A DNA stretch of 64,000 nucleotides from an uncultured virus (IMG/VR IMGVR_UViG_3300045020_000151) (taxonomy: Duplodnaviria > Heunggongvirae > Uroviricota > Caudoviricetes): the IMG/VR virus record IMGVR_UViG_3300045020_000151; one strand, 5' to 3'. The notes under the pieces are model-generated. The model was not told where the DNA came from. It saw only the letters and a list, made by a program, of their open reading frames with translations, and did not search any database. The first letter of the stretch is position 1; each line of letters opens with the position of its first letter. The position numbers and the translations under genes were made by a program. This document shows, piece after piece, positions 27,764 through 36,008 of this stretch.

Positions 27764-28442
27764 TCAAACTGGTACTACCCCCGAAACTTGGGTACCTCTG
27801 TCCCCCTCCTTCTGCCTTCTGGGATGAATCTCATAGCCCTAACGCCAGGCGAGGAGCGAGTGAGTGCAAACACCTTGCACTCTTGGCGGCTGATCATGGG
27901 CGCTCATTGGGCCTGAGTAGCCGCAATCGATTGCACTGTTGGGGCGCAGAGAAGGCGATAGTGGCAACCCCGAACCTCGACCGTTGGGTGCAGTAGCGAG
28001 CAGACCAATGGCTATAGGTATCACACAGGGGTGTTGATCGGGGTGCTGCCTATGGCCTGACTGGTCATCCTGCTTGCTGCTCTCCTGCTGCATGTCTCTC
28101 GTGACGAGGCTTGCGTCACCCATTGGTGCTTCCGGCGCCCTTTGAGAACATGCCCAACACCCGAACTTAGCCTTTGGACTAAGCCCTGTTGAGCCCTACT
28201 GGCTATGACACCGATCGTGAGCTCGTCTTTCGAGTGTCACTTGCGCCCTAACTGGCCGTGACAGCATGCGTTTCGGAAAGATGTCAGTGTTCGCTAAGTC
28301 AGCTAACAAGCCTATGAACCCAGAGCCTTCCCATTGGCCTCTCTGGCGCCTTCCGGAAAGGCCCGTGCAGCCGCAAGTCAGAGCCCTGGTAAACGCCTGT
28401 ACTTACATGACGCTTAGACTGCAACTGCCTTTCCAGTGAACG

Positions 28443-28470
28443 CAATCTTTCCATCACTCCTGGGGATAAG
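28443..28470 (+). promoter_or_regulatory. Repeated promoter motif copy (CAATC-N15-GGGATAAG); probable promoter of the operon holding the array and RAMP gene
   Basis: Motif match; no obvious terminator seen between here and 31418. Confidence 0.6.
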
Positions 28471-28486
28471 AGCTTGGAGGAATCAC

Positions 28487-28780
28487 ATGCCTGGCTTCAT
28501 TCCGGATTGCCCTAGCCTTTGCTCATGCGGCAAGCCTTGCACCGCTGGCAAGATCACCCACTCTTGCCACACCTGCGGCGTATACCCTCAGGGCTGCAGA
28601 ACCTTCGAAGCCCAGATGAGGCTGCGTCGCGCCACTCAATTGGTCTTGAATGGCTTCTTCGACAAGTACAAGCACCTGGGAGCTGAATGCCGGGAGGATC
28701 TCATCCTCTTGGTCTCCCAGCTCGTCGCCAGGCCTGCAAACGTCAACAGCGAAGACTGGAAGCTAAAGAGGAGCACATGA
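28487..28780 (+). CDS. Cys-rich hypothetical protein
   Basis: ATG 28487 after GGAGG. Confidence 0.55.
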   Translation: MPGFIPDCPSLCSCGKPCTAGKITHSCHTCGVYPQGCRTFEAQMRLRRATQLVLNGFFDKYKHLGAECREDLILLVSQLVARPANVNSEDWKLKRST

Positions 28781-29136
28781 ACGCATTACAGAAGAGCACG
28801 CAGAAGAAGGCCCTGAAGGGCAAGAAGCCGAAGTTCATCTATTCGAAGTGGGAGAACCTCAAGGTCTTCACTGACAAGCTTTTGGCCATCGAAGTCATGA
28901 ATGCGGTGAAGAAGCGATTCTTCAATCCCCCTCTACGCCTCTTCAAGGCCCCGGCGAAGATCAGTCCGTGGATCCTGGAGGGAGTCTATTGTCTTGAGAT
29001 GCGCTCGAAGCTCAACGAGGGGCAGATCCTAGGGGACAGCAATCTCTTCTATTCCAGAGTCCGGGCCTTCATCGACGGCTTCCTGGCATGCACAGAGATA
29101 ATCCTGAAGACCGGGAAGAGAGACTATGGCAGATAG
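28777..29136 (+). CDS. Hypothetical protein
   Basis: ATG 28777 (MNALQK) after GAGGAG. Confidence 0.6.
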   Translation: MNALQKSTQKKALKGKKPKFIYSKWENLKVFTDKLLAIEVMNAVKKRFFNPPLRLFKAPAKISPWILEGVYCLEMRSKLNEGQILGDSNLFYSRVRAFIDGFLACTEIILKTGKRDYGR

Positions 29137-29386
29137 GACATCGGCTGAGATCTTCGCCATGGTCTTCGCCGCCTGTTCGGTGGCAGGCGAGGCTGGAAAG
29201 GCCATCGCTCACAAGCTTTGGCCAATGCGTCTGGAGTACGACTTCAGCGACAACCAGATGCAGATAGATGAGGAGCTCATCAAGTTGGAGCTGGCGAAGC
29301 GAGTGAAGTCCGAGGATGGAGAAGGTCTCGAACTCCAACGCATCGTCTATTTGCAGCCCGATGGGACATTCAAACCGAGGTTCTGA
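29126..29386 (+). CDS. Hypothetical protein
   Basis: 86 aa ORF. Confidence 0.6.
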   Translation: MADRTSAEIFAMVFAACSVAGEAGKAIAHKLWPMRLEYDFSDNQMQIDEELIKLELAKRVKSEDGEGLELQRIVYLQPDGTFKPRF

Positions 29387-29398
29387 AAGGAGAACGCA

Positions 29399-29776
29399 GT
29401 GGCTGAGAACGAGAAGATGGTAGAGCCTGGGGTGAAGTCCGTCGAAGTGGAGATCCACCCAGAGGCCATTGCTCGGGTAATCAACATTCGCATCCCTGGT
29501 GAGCTCTTCGATGAAGTCCGAGAGGAAGCCAGAGAGTTCGGGCGGCCAGTCCAGACGCATCTCAAGGACATGCTTCGGGATTCGTTGGACAAGACTATCC
29601 CGAGCATCCAACGGGTCGTCCGGTCCGTCGCCTTGGAGCTCTTCGCCCAGCACTATCAGCCCATGCACCAAGGCGGTGAGACTGAAGAGGCCGATCAGCA
29701 GGCCTATGCCGATAAGGTGGCAGACCATTGCTGGCTTGGGGCAATCGCCTTCGTGAAGAGAGAGAAGAAGCCGTAA
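29399..29776 (+). CDS. Putative ribbon-helix-helix protein
   Basis: INIRIPGELFDEVREEAREFGRPVQTHLKDML; stop 11 nt before the array. Confidence 0.5.
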   Translation: MAENEKMVEPGVKSVEVEIHPEAIARVINIRIPGELFDEVREEAREFGRPVQTHLKDMLRDSLDKTIPSIQRVVRSVALELFAQHYQPMHQGGETEEADQQAYADKVADHCWLGAIAFVKREKKP

Positions 29777-29784
29777 AGAGCGAC

Positions 29785-30660
29785 ACTGACAATCCCAGCC
29801 GGTCCAGCTCTAGTCGCACTGACAAGCCACACCTGGGCGATTCGGCCCGCTTCGACAAACCTGGCCCTCCCAACTCAAGAGGACTGGCCGCTTCGCTACA
29901 TGCCACACTGACGGTCCTAACCGCTCCATACCCCAATGACGAGCCTACCCTAGTCTGCACACTGCCTGCCGAACAGACGGTCCTAGCCAGCCCGAGTCAA
30001 CTCTCACTGACAAGCCGATCCGATCCTGCACCAGCCGACATACCTAGCCCAGTCACATCTAGTTCCAGTCGACATATCCGCCCACACCCGTCAGACGAAC
30101 CTAATTCGTCCGGACCCAGCTTCACTGACAAATCACGCCACGTCGAGCCTCGCTGACAAACCCAGCCTCACCGTCCCAGTTGACATGCCCAGCCCAGCCA
30201 ATTCGGTTCTCGTCGACAGACTAGGCCATGCCGCATTGGTCCATGCAGACGAGACGATCTTGATCTGGGCAGTTCACGCTACACCGACAAGCCAATCCCG
30301 ACCGGGTCATCCATGGCCGACGAATCAAGCCGGACCTGGTCACTCAACACTGACGAGCTCCGCCTGGACATCTCTTCACTGACATGCCACCCCTCCCTGG
30401 ACTTCCTGACGTGCCCATCCAGCGCTTTCCCTTCCTTCCTGACATGCCGAACCATCCCGATACCAACCCGACTCTTCCTGACAAGCCACCCCGCACCAGC
30501 CCCATTTGACGTGCCGACCCTTCACTTCACACATCGGAGGCTGACCCCACCACACTGACTACCCAAACCGCGTCTTGTCACGACACGCCTGGCTGACGAG
30601 CCTCACTCTTCTCTATCTGGCCGAACTGACGAATCGTCCCAAACCGCTCTTCATCAAGCA
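29785..30660. repeat. Non-CRISPR guide-like array of ~27 units, GAC-(NN-NCC/NYC)n, 5-nt periodic (VIPR-like; GGY-like/NN on minus strand)
   Basis: GAC unit starts at 29788, 29821, 29854, 29882, 29910, 29938, 29976, 30009, 30037, 30071, 30094, 30127, 30155, 30182, 30215, 30248, 30286, 30319, 30352, 30381, 30408, 30441, 30480, 30508, 30557, 30595, 30628; 20 of 26 spacings are exactly 23/28/33/38. Confidence 0.85.
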
Positions 30661-30695
30661 CTGTTGTTCAACGTAGTACCCACAGGGAGCAATTC

Positions 30696-31418
30696 ATGAA
30701 CCTCAAAGAAGTAGATCTCTGGACCCGCGTCAGCATCACTCTCGCCATCCGCAACCGCATCGTCGGTGGCATTCCCTCAGACCCTGAACTCATCAAGGGT
30801 TGGATCGCCGCCAACATGCCTGATGTCGCGGCCGAGAAGCAGAAGGAGTTGGCCGAGAAGACCGCTGCCGAGCTCCATCAGGCGGCTGAGGAGAAGGCCG
30901 AAGGCATGTGGACGACCTTCAAGCGCACGCCCGAGGGCTGCTACATCGAAGGCAGACAGGTCAAAGCCCTCTTCAAGGAGTGCGCGAACATCCTCAGAGA
31001 GAAGCTCATCCAGGAGGAGAAGAAGGGCAAGAAGGCCGACGACGCCAAGAAGAGCGCATTCACCGGTCTGAAGGCCAAGCTGGCTGAGCGTCTCTTCGTG
31101 GAAGAGCATACGGTCTTTGTCACTCGTGGAGGCGCCAAACTGCCCAAGCCTGACGGCATGGAAGAGCGGGCCATCCATGTGGATACGGCCCAAGGACCTC
31201 GCACAGCCCTCAAGCGGGTGGACTTCATCAACGCTCCAGCTCAGGTGAAGTTCACCGTTCGCTACTTGGACGATGGGGTCATCAGCATGGATCTCATCAC
31301 ACTCATTCTGGAGTTCGGTGGCTGGAACGGCCTAGGCGCTGACCGTTCTCAAGGCAACGGACTCTTCGAGGTCGTGGAGATGCAGAAGCTGCCCAGCCGG
31401 CCGCACAAGGACAAGTAG
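30696..31418 (+). CDS. Solitary RAMP / Cas7(Csm3)-like RNA-binding protein (Vipr-like)
   Basis: N-terminal strand plus GG (ITLAIRNRIVGGIP), YIEGRQVKALFKE (cf. IPGSSxKGxxR), and C-terminal G-rich loop GLGADRSQGNGLFEV. Confidence 0.8.
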   Translation: MNLKEVDLWTRVSITLAIRNRIVGGIPSDPELIKGWIAANMPDVAAEKQKELAEKTAAELHQAAEEKAEGMWTTFKRTPEGCYIEGRQVKALFKECANILREKLIQEEKKGKKADDAKKSAFTGLKAKLAERLFVEEHTVFVTRGGAKLPKPDGMEERAIHVDTAQGPRTALKRVDFINAPAQVKFTVRYLDDGVISMDLITLILEFGGWNGLGADRSQGNGLFEVVEMQKLPSRPHKDK

Positions 31419-31445
31419 CAAAAGCTGGGACTTCCTTGGGATGAG
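31419..31445 (+). promoter_or_regulatory. Promoter motif variant (CAAAA-N14-GGGATGAG)
   Basis: One mismatch to consensus, same spacing. Confidence 0.45.
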
Positions 31446-31504
31446 GAAGGGACAGGAAGCCACCATCGGCTTCCGACCTTTCATCATCCCACAGGGAGAA
31501 CACC

Positions 31505-31660
31505 ATGCAGATTACGAGCGGTTGCGCAGCGAAGAACATCCTTCTCAACACCGTCTTTCTCACCTACCCGGACTTCATGGAGGCTACTGCCAAGCTCCAG
31601 GAGCACGAGGCGGGGTGCAACACGTGCAAGGAAGAGGCGGCCAAGAAGGCGAAGAAGTAG
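31505..31660 (+). CDS. Small Cys/His protein (51 aa)
   Basis: Manual translation MQITSGCAAKNIL...LQEHEAGCNTCKEEAAKKAKK*; CCCACAGGGAG leader. Confidence 0.6.
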   Translation: MQITSGCAAKNILLNTVFLTYPDFMEATAKLQEHEAGCNTCKEEAAKKAKK

Positions 31661-31942
31661 TCGAGTACTGGAGGACCAAGCCAGAGGCTACTGGCTACAA
31701 CGCTCTCACCAACCCCGATAGGGAGCGCCAAGTATGCAGGGGATTTGGGCTCTATGGAGCTCATGAGGCGGCAAGAGTAAGAGCTAGAATGCCGGGCCTA
31801 CGGCAATCCTCCCACGGAAATACTCGTCTTCAAGACCTGGGAAGCAGGACGGTGCACCGTCCTAGACAGCCTGAAACTGCGTTGAGCCTCGTGTAGTGGA
31901 AGGGAACTGGGACGACCCCAGCTTTCCTTCTTAGCCGTCAGC

Positions 31943-31969
31943 CAAATGCAGCCTCCCTCACGGCATAAG
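31943..31969 (+). promoter_or_regulatory. Repeated promoter motif copy (CAAAT-N14-GGCATAAG)
   Basis: Motif match after hairpin terminator. Confidence 0.6.
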
Positions 31970-32062
31970 AGTTGATGGCAGAAGAAGGCCAATTCAATGA
32001 GACCGCGTCAACGACGGTCCTTGGCATCTATCTGCCTTTCACAACCCACAGGGAGCGATACC

Positions 32063-32377
32063 ATGCCACTCGATGTGAAGAGCCCCGAGGCTCAAGAAGT
32101 GCTGGTCGAATCAATCAAGATGATGGCGGAGGTCACCGAGGCGCTGGCCCAACTGAGGATTCAGTTGAGCCCCATCCTCATGATGAGGCTGAAGATCTTG
32201 GACGAGACAGTGAACGTCATGCAATCAGCCTCGCACCGGGACGACAGCCTGACGTTCAACATCGCCCTCCAGATGTACAACATCAATGTCATGCACATCT
32301 CGGCAGAGCTCGAAGCCGAGTTCGCCTGCAGGGTCACCGTCCCGTTGATCGGACAACGGTCAGGGTGGATTCAATGA
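32063..32377 (+). CDS. Hypothetical protein
   Basis: ATG 32063 after CCCACAGGGAG. Confidence 0.6.
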   Translation: MPLDVKSPEAQEVLVESIKMMAEVTEALAQLRIQLSPILMMRLKILDETVNVMQSASHRDDSLTFNIALQMYNINVMHISAELEAEFACRVTVPLIGQRSGWIQ

Positions 32378-32553
32378 AGTTCCGATTCCAGCTCCTGGGC
32401 TTCACTCTTGGGGAGACTCGGATCTCCATTCTGGAGATTGGTAAGCTCGAAGGGCCCTACTCGAAGACCTCGGTTCGCGGTCTTCGAGTGTCCACTGACA
32501 AGGAGAGACGTCAGCGCACCATCGGTTTCAAGATCCAAGAAGACGAAGAGTAG
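32374..32553 (+). CDS. Hypothetical protein (59 aa)
   Basis: MKFRFQLLG..., ATGA overlap. Confidence 0.5.
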   Translation: MKFRFQLLGFTLGETRISILEIGKLEGPYSKTSVRGLRVSTDKERRQRTIGFKIQEDEE

Positions 32554-32582
32554 TCCTCTCAATCCCACAGGGAGAAACACAC

Positions 32583-32774
32583 ATGGAAACGACGAACGAA
32601 CAAACGCTCACCATCATCATTCTGTGCTCGATGATCCTGCTGTTCGGCCTGCAGACCACGTTGCTGCTCCTGGGCGTGTCCTACATCGCGGCAGCGCTGG
32701 TCCGAGAAGTGAAGAAGATCAAGGCTGGTTGGTACGACAGGCCTTGGTTCGGCATGGGTGGGGCCAGAGCATGA
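32583..32774 (+). CDS. Small membrane protein
   Basis: Long hydrophobic stretch; leader motif. Confidence 0.6.
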   Translation: METTNEQTLTIIILCSMILLFGLQTTLLLLGVSYIAAALVREVKKIKAGWYDRPWFGMGGARA

Positions 32775-33046
32775 ACTGGCTCGAATGGTTGGTGAGGCGC
32801 TTCTTCAAGATCCAAGTCTTGGCGCCTGTCCTGCACACGAATCACGGAGACAAGCCTCGCAAGCCTGAAGACCGATGGGGTCCATCCAAGTACTACGAAT
32901 GGTCCCATCAACCTCCTGACGAACGCAAACAGTGCAAGCACTGCGACAGCACAAAGGTGGACGACCACATGTTCAGCGCGTACATCATGCTCTCGCAGAA
33001 CCCGTGCGCAGAGTGCAAACGGGAACACGACCAGCAGAGGCACTGA
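32771..33046 (+). CDS. Zn-finger hypothetical protein
   Basis: CKHC...CAEC; ATG 32771. Confidence 0.5.
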   Translation: MNWLEWLVRRFFKIQVLAPVLHTNHGDKPRKPEDRWGPSKYYEWSHQPPDERKQCKHCDSTKVDDHMFSAYIMLSQNPCAECKREHDQQRH

Positions 33047-33303
33047 TGATGAAGAGGTACTGCAAATCCTGTGGAGGCGTGACTACTCAGTTCGCCCCCT
33101 TCCTTGTCCACCAATCGAGGGATTGGTTCTCCAAGATCGTCGCAGAGACATGGACTTTGGCTCAGGCCAAGAAGGCAGCAAAGCCAGGGAACGTCATCCA
33201 CAAACGCGGGAGGGTGAAGGATAACGCCGCCTCGTACATCTTCTTGATGCAGATAGCGAAGCCGCTCAAAAGGAGACGACGATGTCGGACAAGAAGCAGA
33301 TGA
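33046..33303 (+). CDS. Hypothetical basic protein
   Basis: MMKRYCKSCGG. Confidence 0.45.
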   Translation: MMKRYCKSCGGVTTQFAPFLVHQSRDWFSKIVAETWTLAQAKKAAKPGNVIHKRGRVKDNAASYIFLMQIAKPLKRRRRCRTRSR

Positions 33304-33599
33304 CGGAGTTCTACGACAGGCTTCTCAACACCGTGAAGCATGCCCTCAACGACCTCATTGATGGCGTCCTAGATGCCAACGGGGCTCCAGATCGGAACGT
33401 AAGGGCGCTGCAACTTAGAGCAATCCACGCAGCGCTCTCATTCCACGTCGGCGGGGTCGAAGCTCTCTTGAAGCTCTTCGGTGGCGAAGTCGAAGGGCTG
33501 GAAGAGAAACTGGAGAAGGAGCTGCAGACTTACCGGCAGCACGGCCTCCTGACCGGTCAGGAGGCCATCAAGGACGGGCTCAAGAAGAACACCAACTAA
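33282..33599 (+). CDS. Hypothetical protein
   Basis: 105 aa, AAGGAG SD. Confidence 0.6.
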   Translation: MSDKKQMTEFYDRLLNTVKHALNDLIDGVLDANGAPDRNVRALQLRAIHAALSFHVGGVEALLKLFGGEVEGLEEKLEKELQTYRQHGLLTGQEAIKDGLKKNTN

Positions 33600-33604
33600 C
33601 CCAC

Positions 33605-34081
33605 ATGGAGCCGTACGTGCGAGTCATAGTGATGAGAGGAGTGCCAGGTAGTGGCAAGACCGACTACATCAAGAAGCACTTCCCCGAAGCCTGGATCTGT
33701 TCGACCGACCGCTTCTTCATGTTGAAGGAAGGCGTCTACCGGTTCGATGGTGCCAATCTGGGAATAGCCCATGGCGAATGCCTCCGGGAGTTCACTAGAG
33801 CGGTGGCAATTGCCAGTCTGGGTGGCAAAACGGAGTTCGACGTCATTGCAGTGGACAACACCAACATCACGGTGGCGGAGATGGCTCCATACTGCGCCCT
33901 GGCTCAGGCCTACGGCCATGAACTCCTGCTCATCACTCTCATGTGCGACCCGGACAAGGCTGCTGCCCGGGGTCTTCATGGGGTGACCGCAGCAAAGACT
34001 TGGGACATGAACGACAGGATGCTGCGAGAGAACTACCGCATCCCCCACTGGTGGCCACAGCTAGTTGAAAGAGGTGACTGA
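33605..34081 (+). CDS. P-loop kinase (AAA_33 / polynucleotide-kinase-like)
   Basis: MRGVPGSGKT Walker A, CSTD, VDNTN. Confidence 0.85.
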   Translation: MEPYVRVIVMRGVPGSGKTDYIKKHFPEAWICSTDRFFMLKEGVYRFDGANLGIAHGECLREFTRAVAIASLGGKTEFDVIAVDNTNITVAEMAPYCALAQAYGHELLLITLMCDPDKAAARGLHGVTAAKTWDMNDRMLRENYRIPHWWPQLVERGD

Positions 34082-34545
34082 TGCATCCCTACGGTCTCAA
34101 ACTCGTCACCTGTCCCGTATGCAGTGGGAAGCGCTCCTGCCCAGAGTGCCATGGTGAAGGAGAGGTTCCACTGCGTCCCACACTCCATGTAGCTCCAATC
34201 GTGAAGGCTCCTCGTTCTCGACACTTCGTCGAAGCTTTCCTGTTGGAGGTAGCTGAGGACGTGGCCCGCCAATTCTGGGGCCGAGTGAATCCCCAGAGCG
34301 ATGTCTACGAGTACAAATGGGCGAGCTGGGCATTTGCGATCTGTGGAGTCATAGCTTGGCTCGTCCTCCTCATCGGCAAGGCAGATGGTCGGGCACCCAT
34401 GATTCCCTACTCCTACAGGCTATTCGCCATTGGTCTCATTCCGGCTGGAGTGATGTCCCTGATCAGCATCTCCAAGGCTGTTGGAGATTGGTTCAGAGAC
34501 GTGAAGGAACGAGCTGTCAGCAGAGCAGAGAGATGGAAGAAGTAG
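34081..34545 (+). CDS. Membrane protein with DnaJ-type CxxCxG zinc finger
   Basis: CPVCSG..CPECHG plus two TM segments. Confidence 0.6.
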   Translation: MHPYGLKLVTCPVCSGKRSCPECHGEGEVPLRPTLHVAPIVKAPRSRHFVEAFLLEVAEDVARQFWGRVNPQSDVYEYKWASWAFAICGVIAWLVLLIGKADGRAPMIPYSYRLFAIGLIPAGVMSLISISKAVGDWFRDVKERAVSRAERWKK

Positions 34546-34583
34546 TTCGAGAGAGGAGAGTTCCTCCTCTCTCTTTAGCTCTG

Positions 34584-34611
34584 CAAAAGCCTCCACGCTC
34601 GTGGGCATAAG
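34584..34611 (+). promoter_or_regulatory. Repeated promoter motif copy (CAAAA-N15-GGCATAAG)
   Basis: Motif match. Confidence 0.6.
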
Positions 34612-34653
34612 GCTGTAGCAGGCACCTCGCCTGACCACTCCAAAGGAGTTCAA

Positions 34654-35601
34654 GTGGCAAACACCGTCTATCTCGGGGAGACGGACGGGAAGAGGCTGGC
34701 CCGATACCACATCTTCCATCGCATCCATCTCTCAACCATTTCAACCCCTCTACCACCTGGTCGGGTCATCACGCTGTGTGGACCGGATCCAGGAGATGTT
34801 GGCTGCATCCGCGACATGCTCCGCGTCTCTCCAGAGAGAGTCCTATTCGTCGAGAACGACAGGGCTTTCAGGAGCGGACTGAAGAAGGCCAGACTCAAAT
34901 GGCCAGGGGTTGAGACCTACTTCGGTAACGTCGAAGACGTCCTTAGGAGTACGAAGGATACGGTCAGTGTGCTGAATGCCGATCTGATGGGCACGCTTAA
35001 GCAGCGGGATCTTCCGCTCTTCGAAGCTGCGGCCGATCACATGGAGACAGGCAGCGCATTGAACTTCACGTTCTTCCGTGGTCGAGAGCAGGAAGGTCAG
35101 GGTCTCTACGGCGGAACGCTGTCGAGATGCCAAACGCCCGGGAAGAGCCTGGACTGGCTGCGTTTCGATCTCTTCAGCCGCACGCTTAGGGGAGTGCTGG
35201 GAGGTAACATCAACCAGCTCATCCTGGCGCTCACCTATGATGCTCGCAGCACATTGAAGAATAGCAGGCACTCTCCGATGGGAGCGATGCTGTTCCAGCG
35301 GGATGCTGTTGCGAACAACGCCTTGGGCCATCTCAATCGACGCATCGAAATCAATAGCTTCGACGTGCGCCAACGCCTTCGAATGGTGGCCCTGAGTTTG
35401 CTTTCCAAGGGCTACCCGTCGGAAGCGGTGGCATCCATTCTGAACCTCAATGAGCTCAGCATCCGTGCCTGGCTGGCTCATGAAACGAGAGGCACGTACA
35501 CGAACAAACCACCCACAGGGAGAAGAACATGGCTGGACTCAGACGTATCCCGCTCGCACTCGCGGCAGAGCGGAGGGAAGTGGTCATCGGCTACTTCATG
35601 A
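34654..35601 (+). CDS. Putative methyltransferase-like Rossmann domain fused to C-terminal HTH
   Basis: ITLCG...VLFVEND...YFGNV...VLNADLMG; LSKGYPSEAVASILNLNELSIRAWLAH. Confidence 0.45.
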   Translation: MANTVYLGETDGKRLARYHIFHRIHLSTISTPLPPGRVITLCGPDPGDVGCIRDMLRVSPERVLFVENDRAFRSGLKKARLKWPGVETYFGNVEDVLRSTKDTVSVLNADLMGTLKQRDLPLFEAAADHMETGSALNFTFFRGREQEGQGLYGGTLSRCQTPGKSLDWLRFDLFSRTLRGVLGGNINQLILALTYDARSTLKNSRHSPMGAMLFQRDAVANNALGHLNRRIEINSFDVRQRLRMVALSLLSKGYPSEAVASILNLNELSIRAWLAHETRGTYTNKPPTGRRTWLDSDVSRSHSRQSGGKWSSATS

Positions 35602-35951
35602 AGAGCCCCAAGATGAGCCGCAAAGAGGTCACGGAGAAACTGGCTTCAGAGCATCCACAGCTCTGTGAGCATGGTCAGATTGCCGACAGCATCCTGGCCA
35701 CGCTCCGCAGGGTAGCCCGGAAACAGAGGGTGAATGCACAGAAGGCCAAGAGCAGAAGGGCTCGGATGGAGACCAACGGTCATGCGAACCCGATGCTCCA
35801 CGGGATCGATACCGTGCGCATTCCCAACAGCGCCACCGAGGCCTGTCGTCAGGTCGTGGATGTACTATCGGACTTGAACATCGAGTCCGTGACCATCACG
35901 AAGGACGGCAAGAAGAGATGGGAGTACAGGCAGGTGGTGGAGACGCAGTAG
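35529..35951 (+). CDS. Hypothetical protein (possible DNA-binding)
   Basis: 140 aa; CCCACAGGGAG leader. Confidence 0.6.
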   Translation: MAGLRRIPLALAAERREVVIGYFMKSPKMSRKEVTEKLASEHPQLCEHGQIADSILATLRRVARKQRVNAQKAKSRRARMETNGHANPMLHGIDTVRIPNSATEACRQVVDVLSDLNIESVTITKDGKKRWEYRQVVETQ

Positions 35952-36008
35952 CAAATGAGAGGGTGGCCGGACGGTCGCCCTCTTCATTAGGACTCCACAG
36001 GAGAAACC

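Noticed and set aside
29728..30558. ORFs 29728-30156, 30185-30382 and 30313-30558 over the array
   Set aside because: Low-complexity P/S/T/D translations with no SD. The 5-nt periodicity and 3+5n units are incompatible with codon structure.
29785..30660. Canonical CRISPR array or TIGR-type array
   Set aside because: No identical 23-47 nt direct repeats and no cas1/2/6. The constant element is only ~5 nt plus periodic triplets, and the neighbour is RAMP-like rather than Nop-domain.
31441..31896. 151 aa ORF downstream of the RAMP gene as an accessory cas gene
   Set aside because: Starts inside the promoter motif and overlaps the better-supported 51 aa ORF at 31505; no Cas motifs
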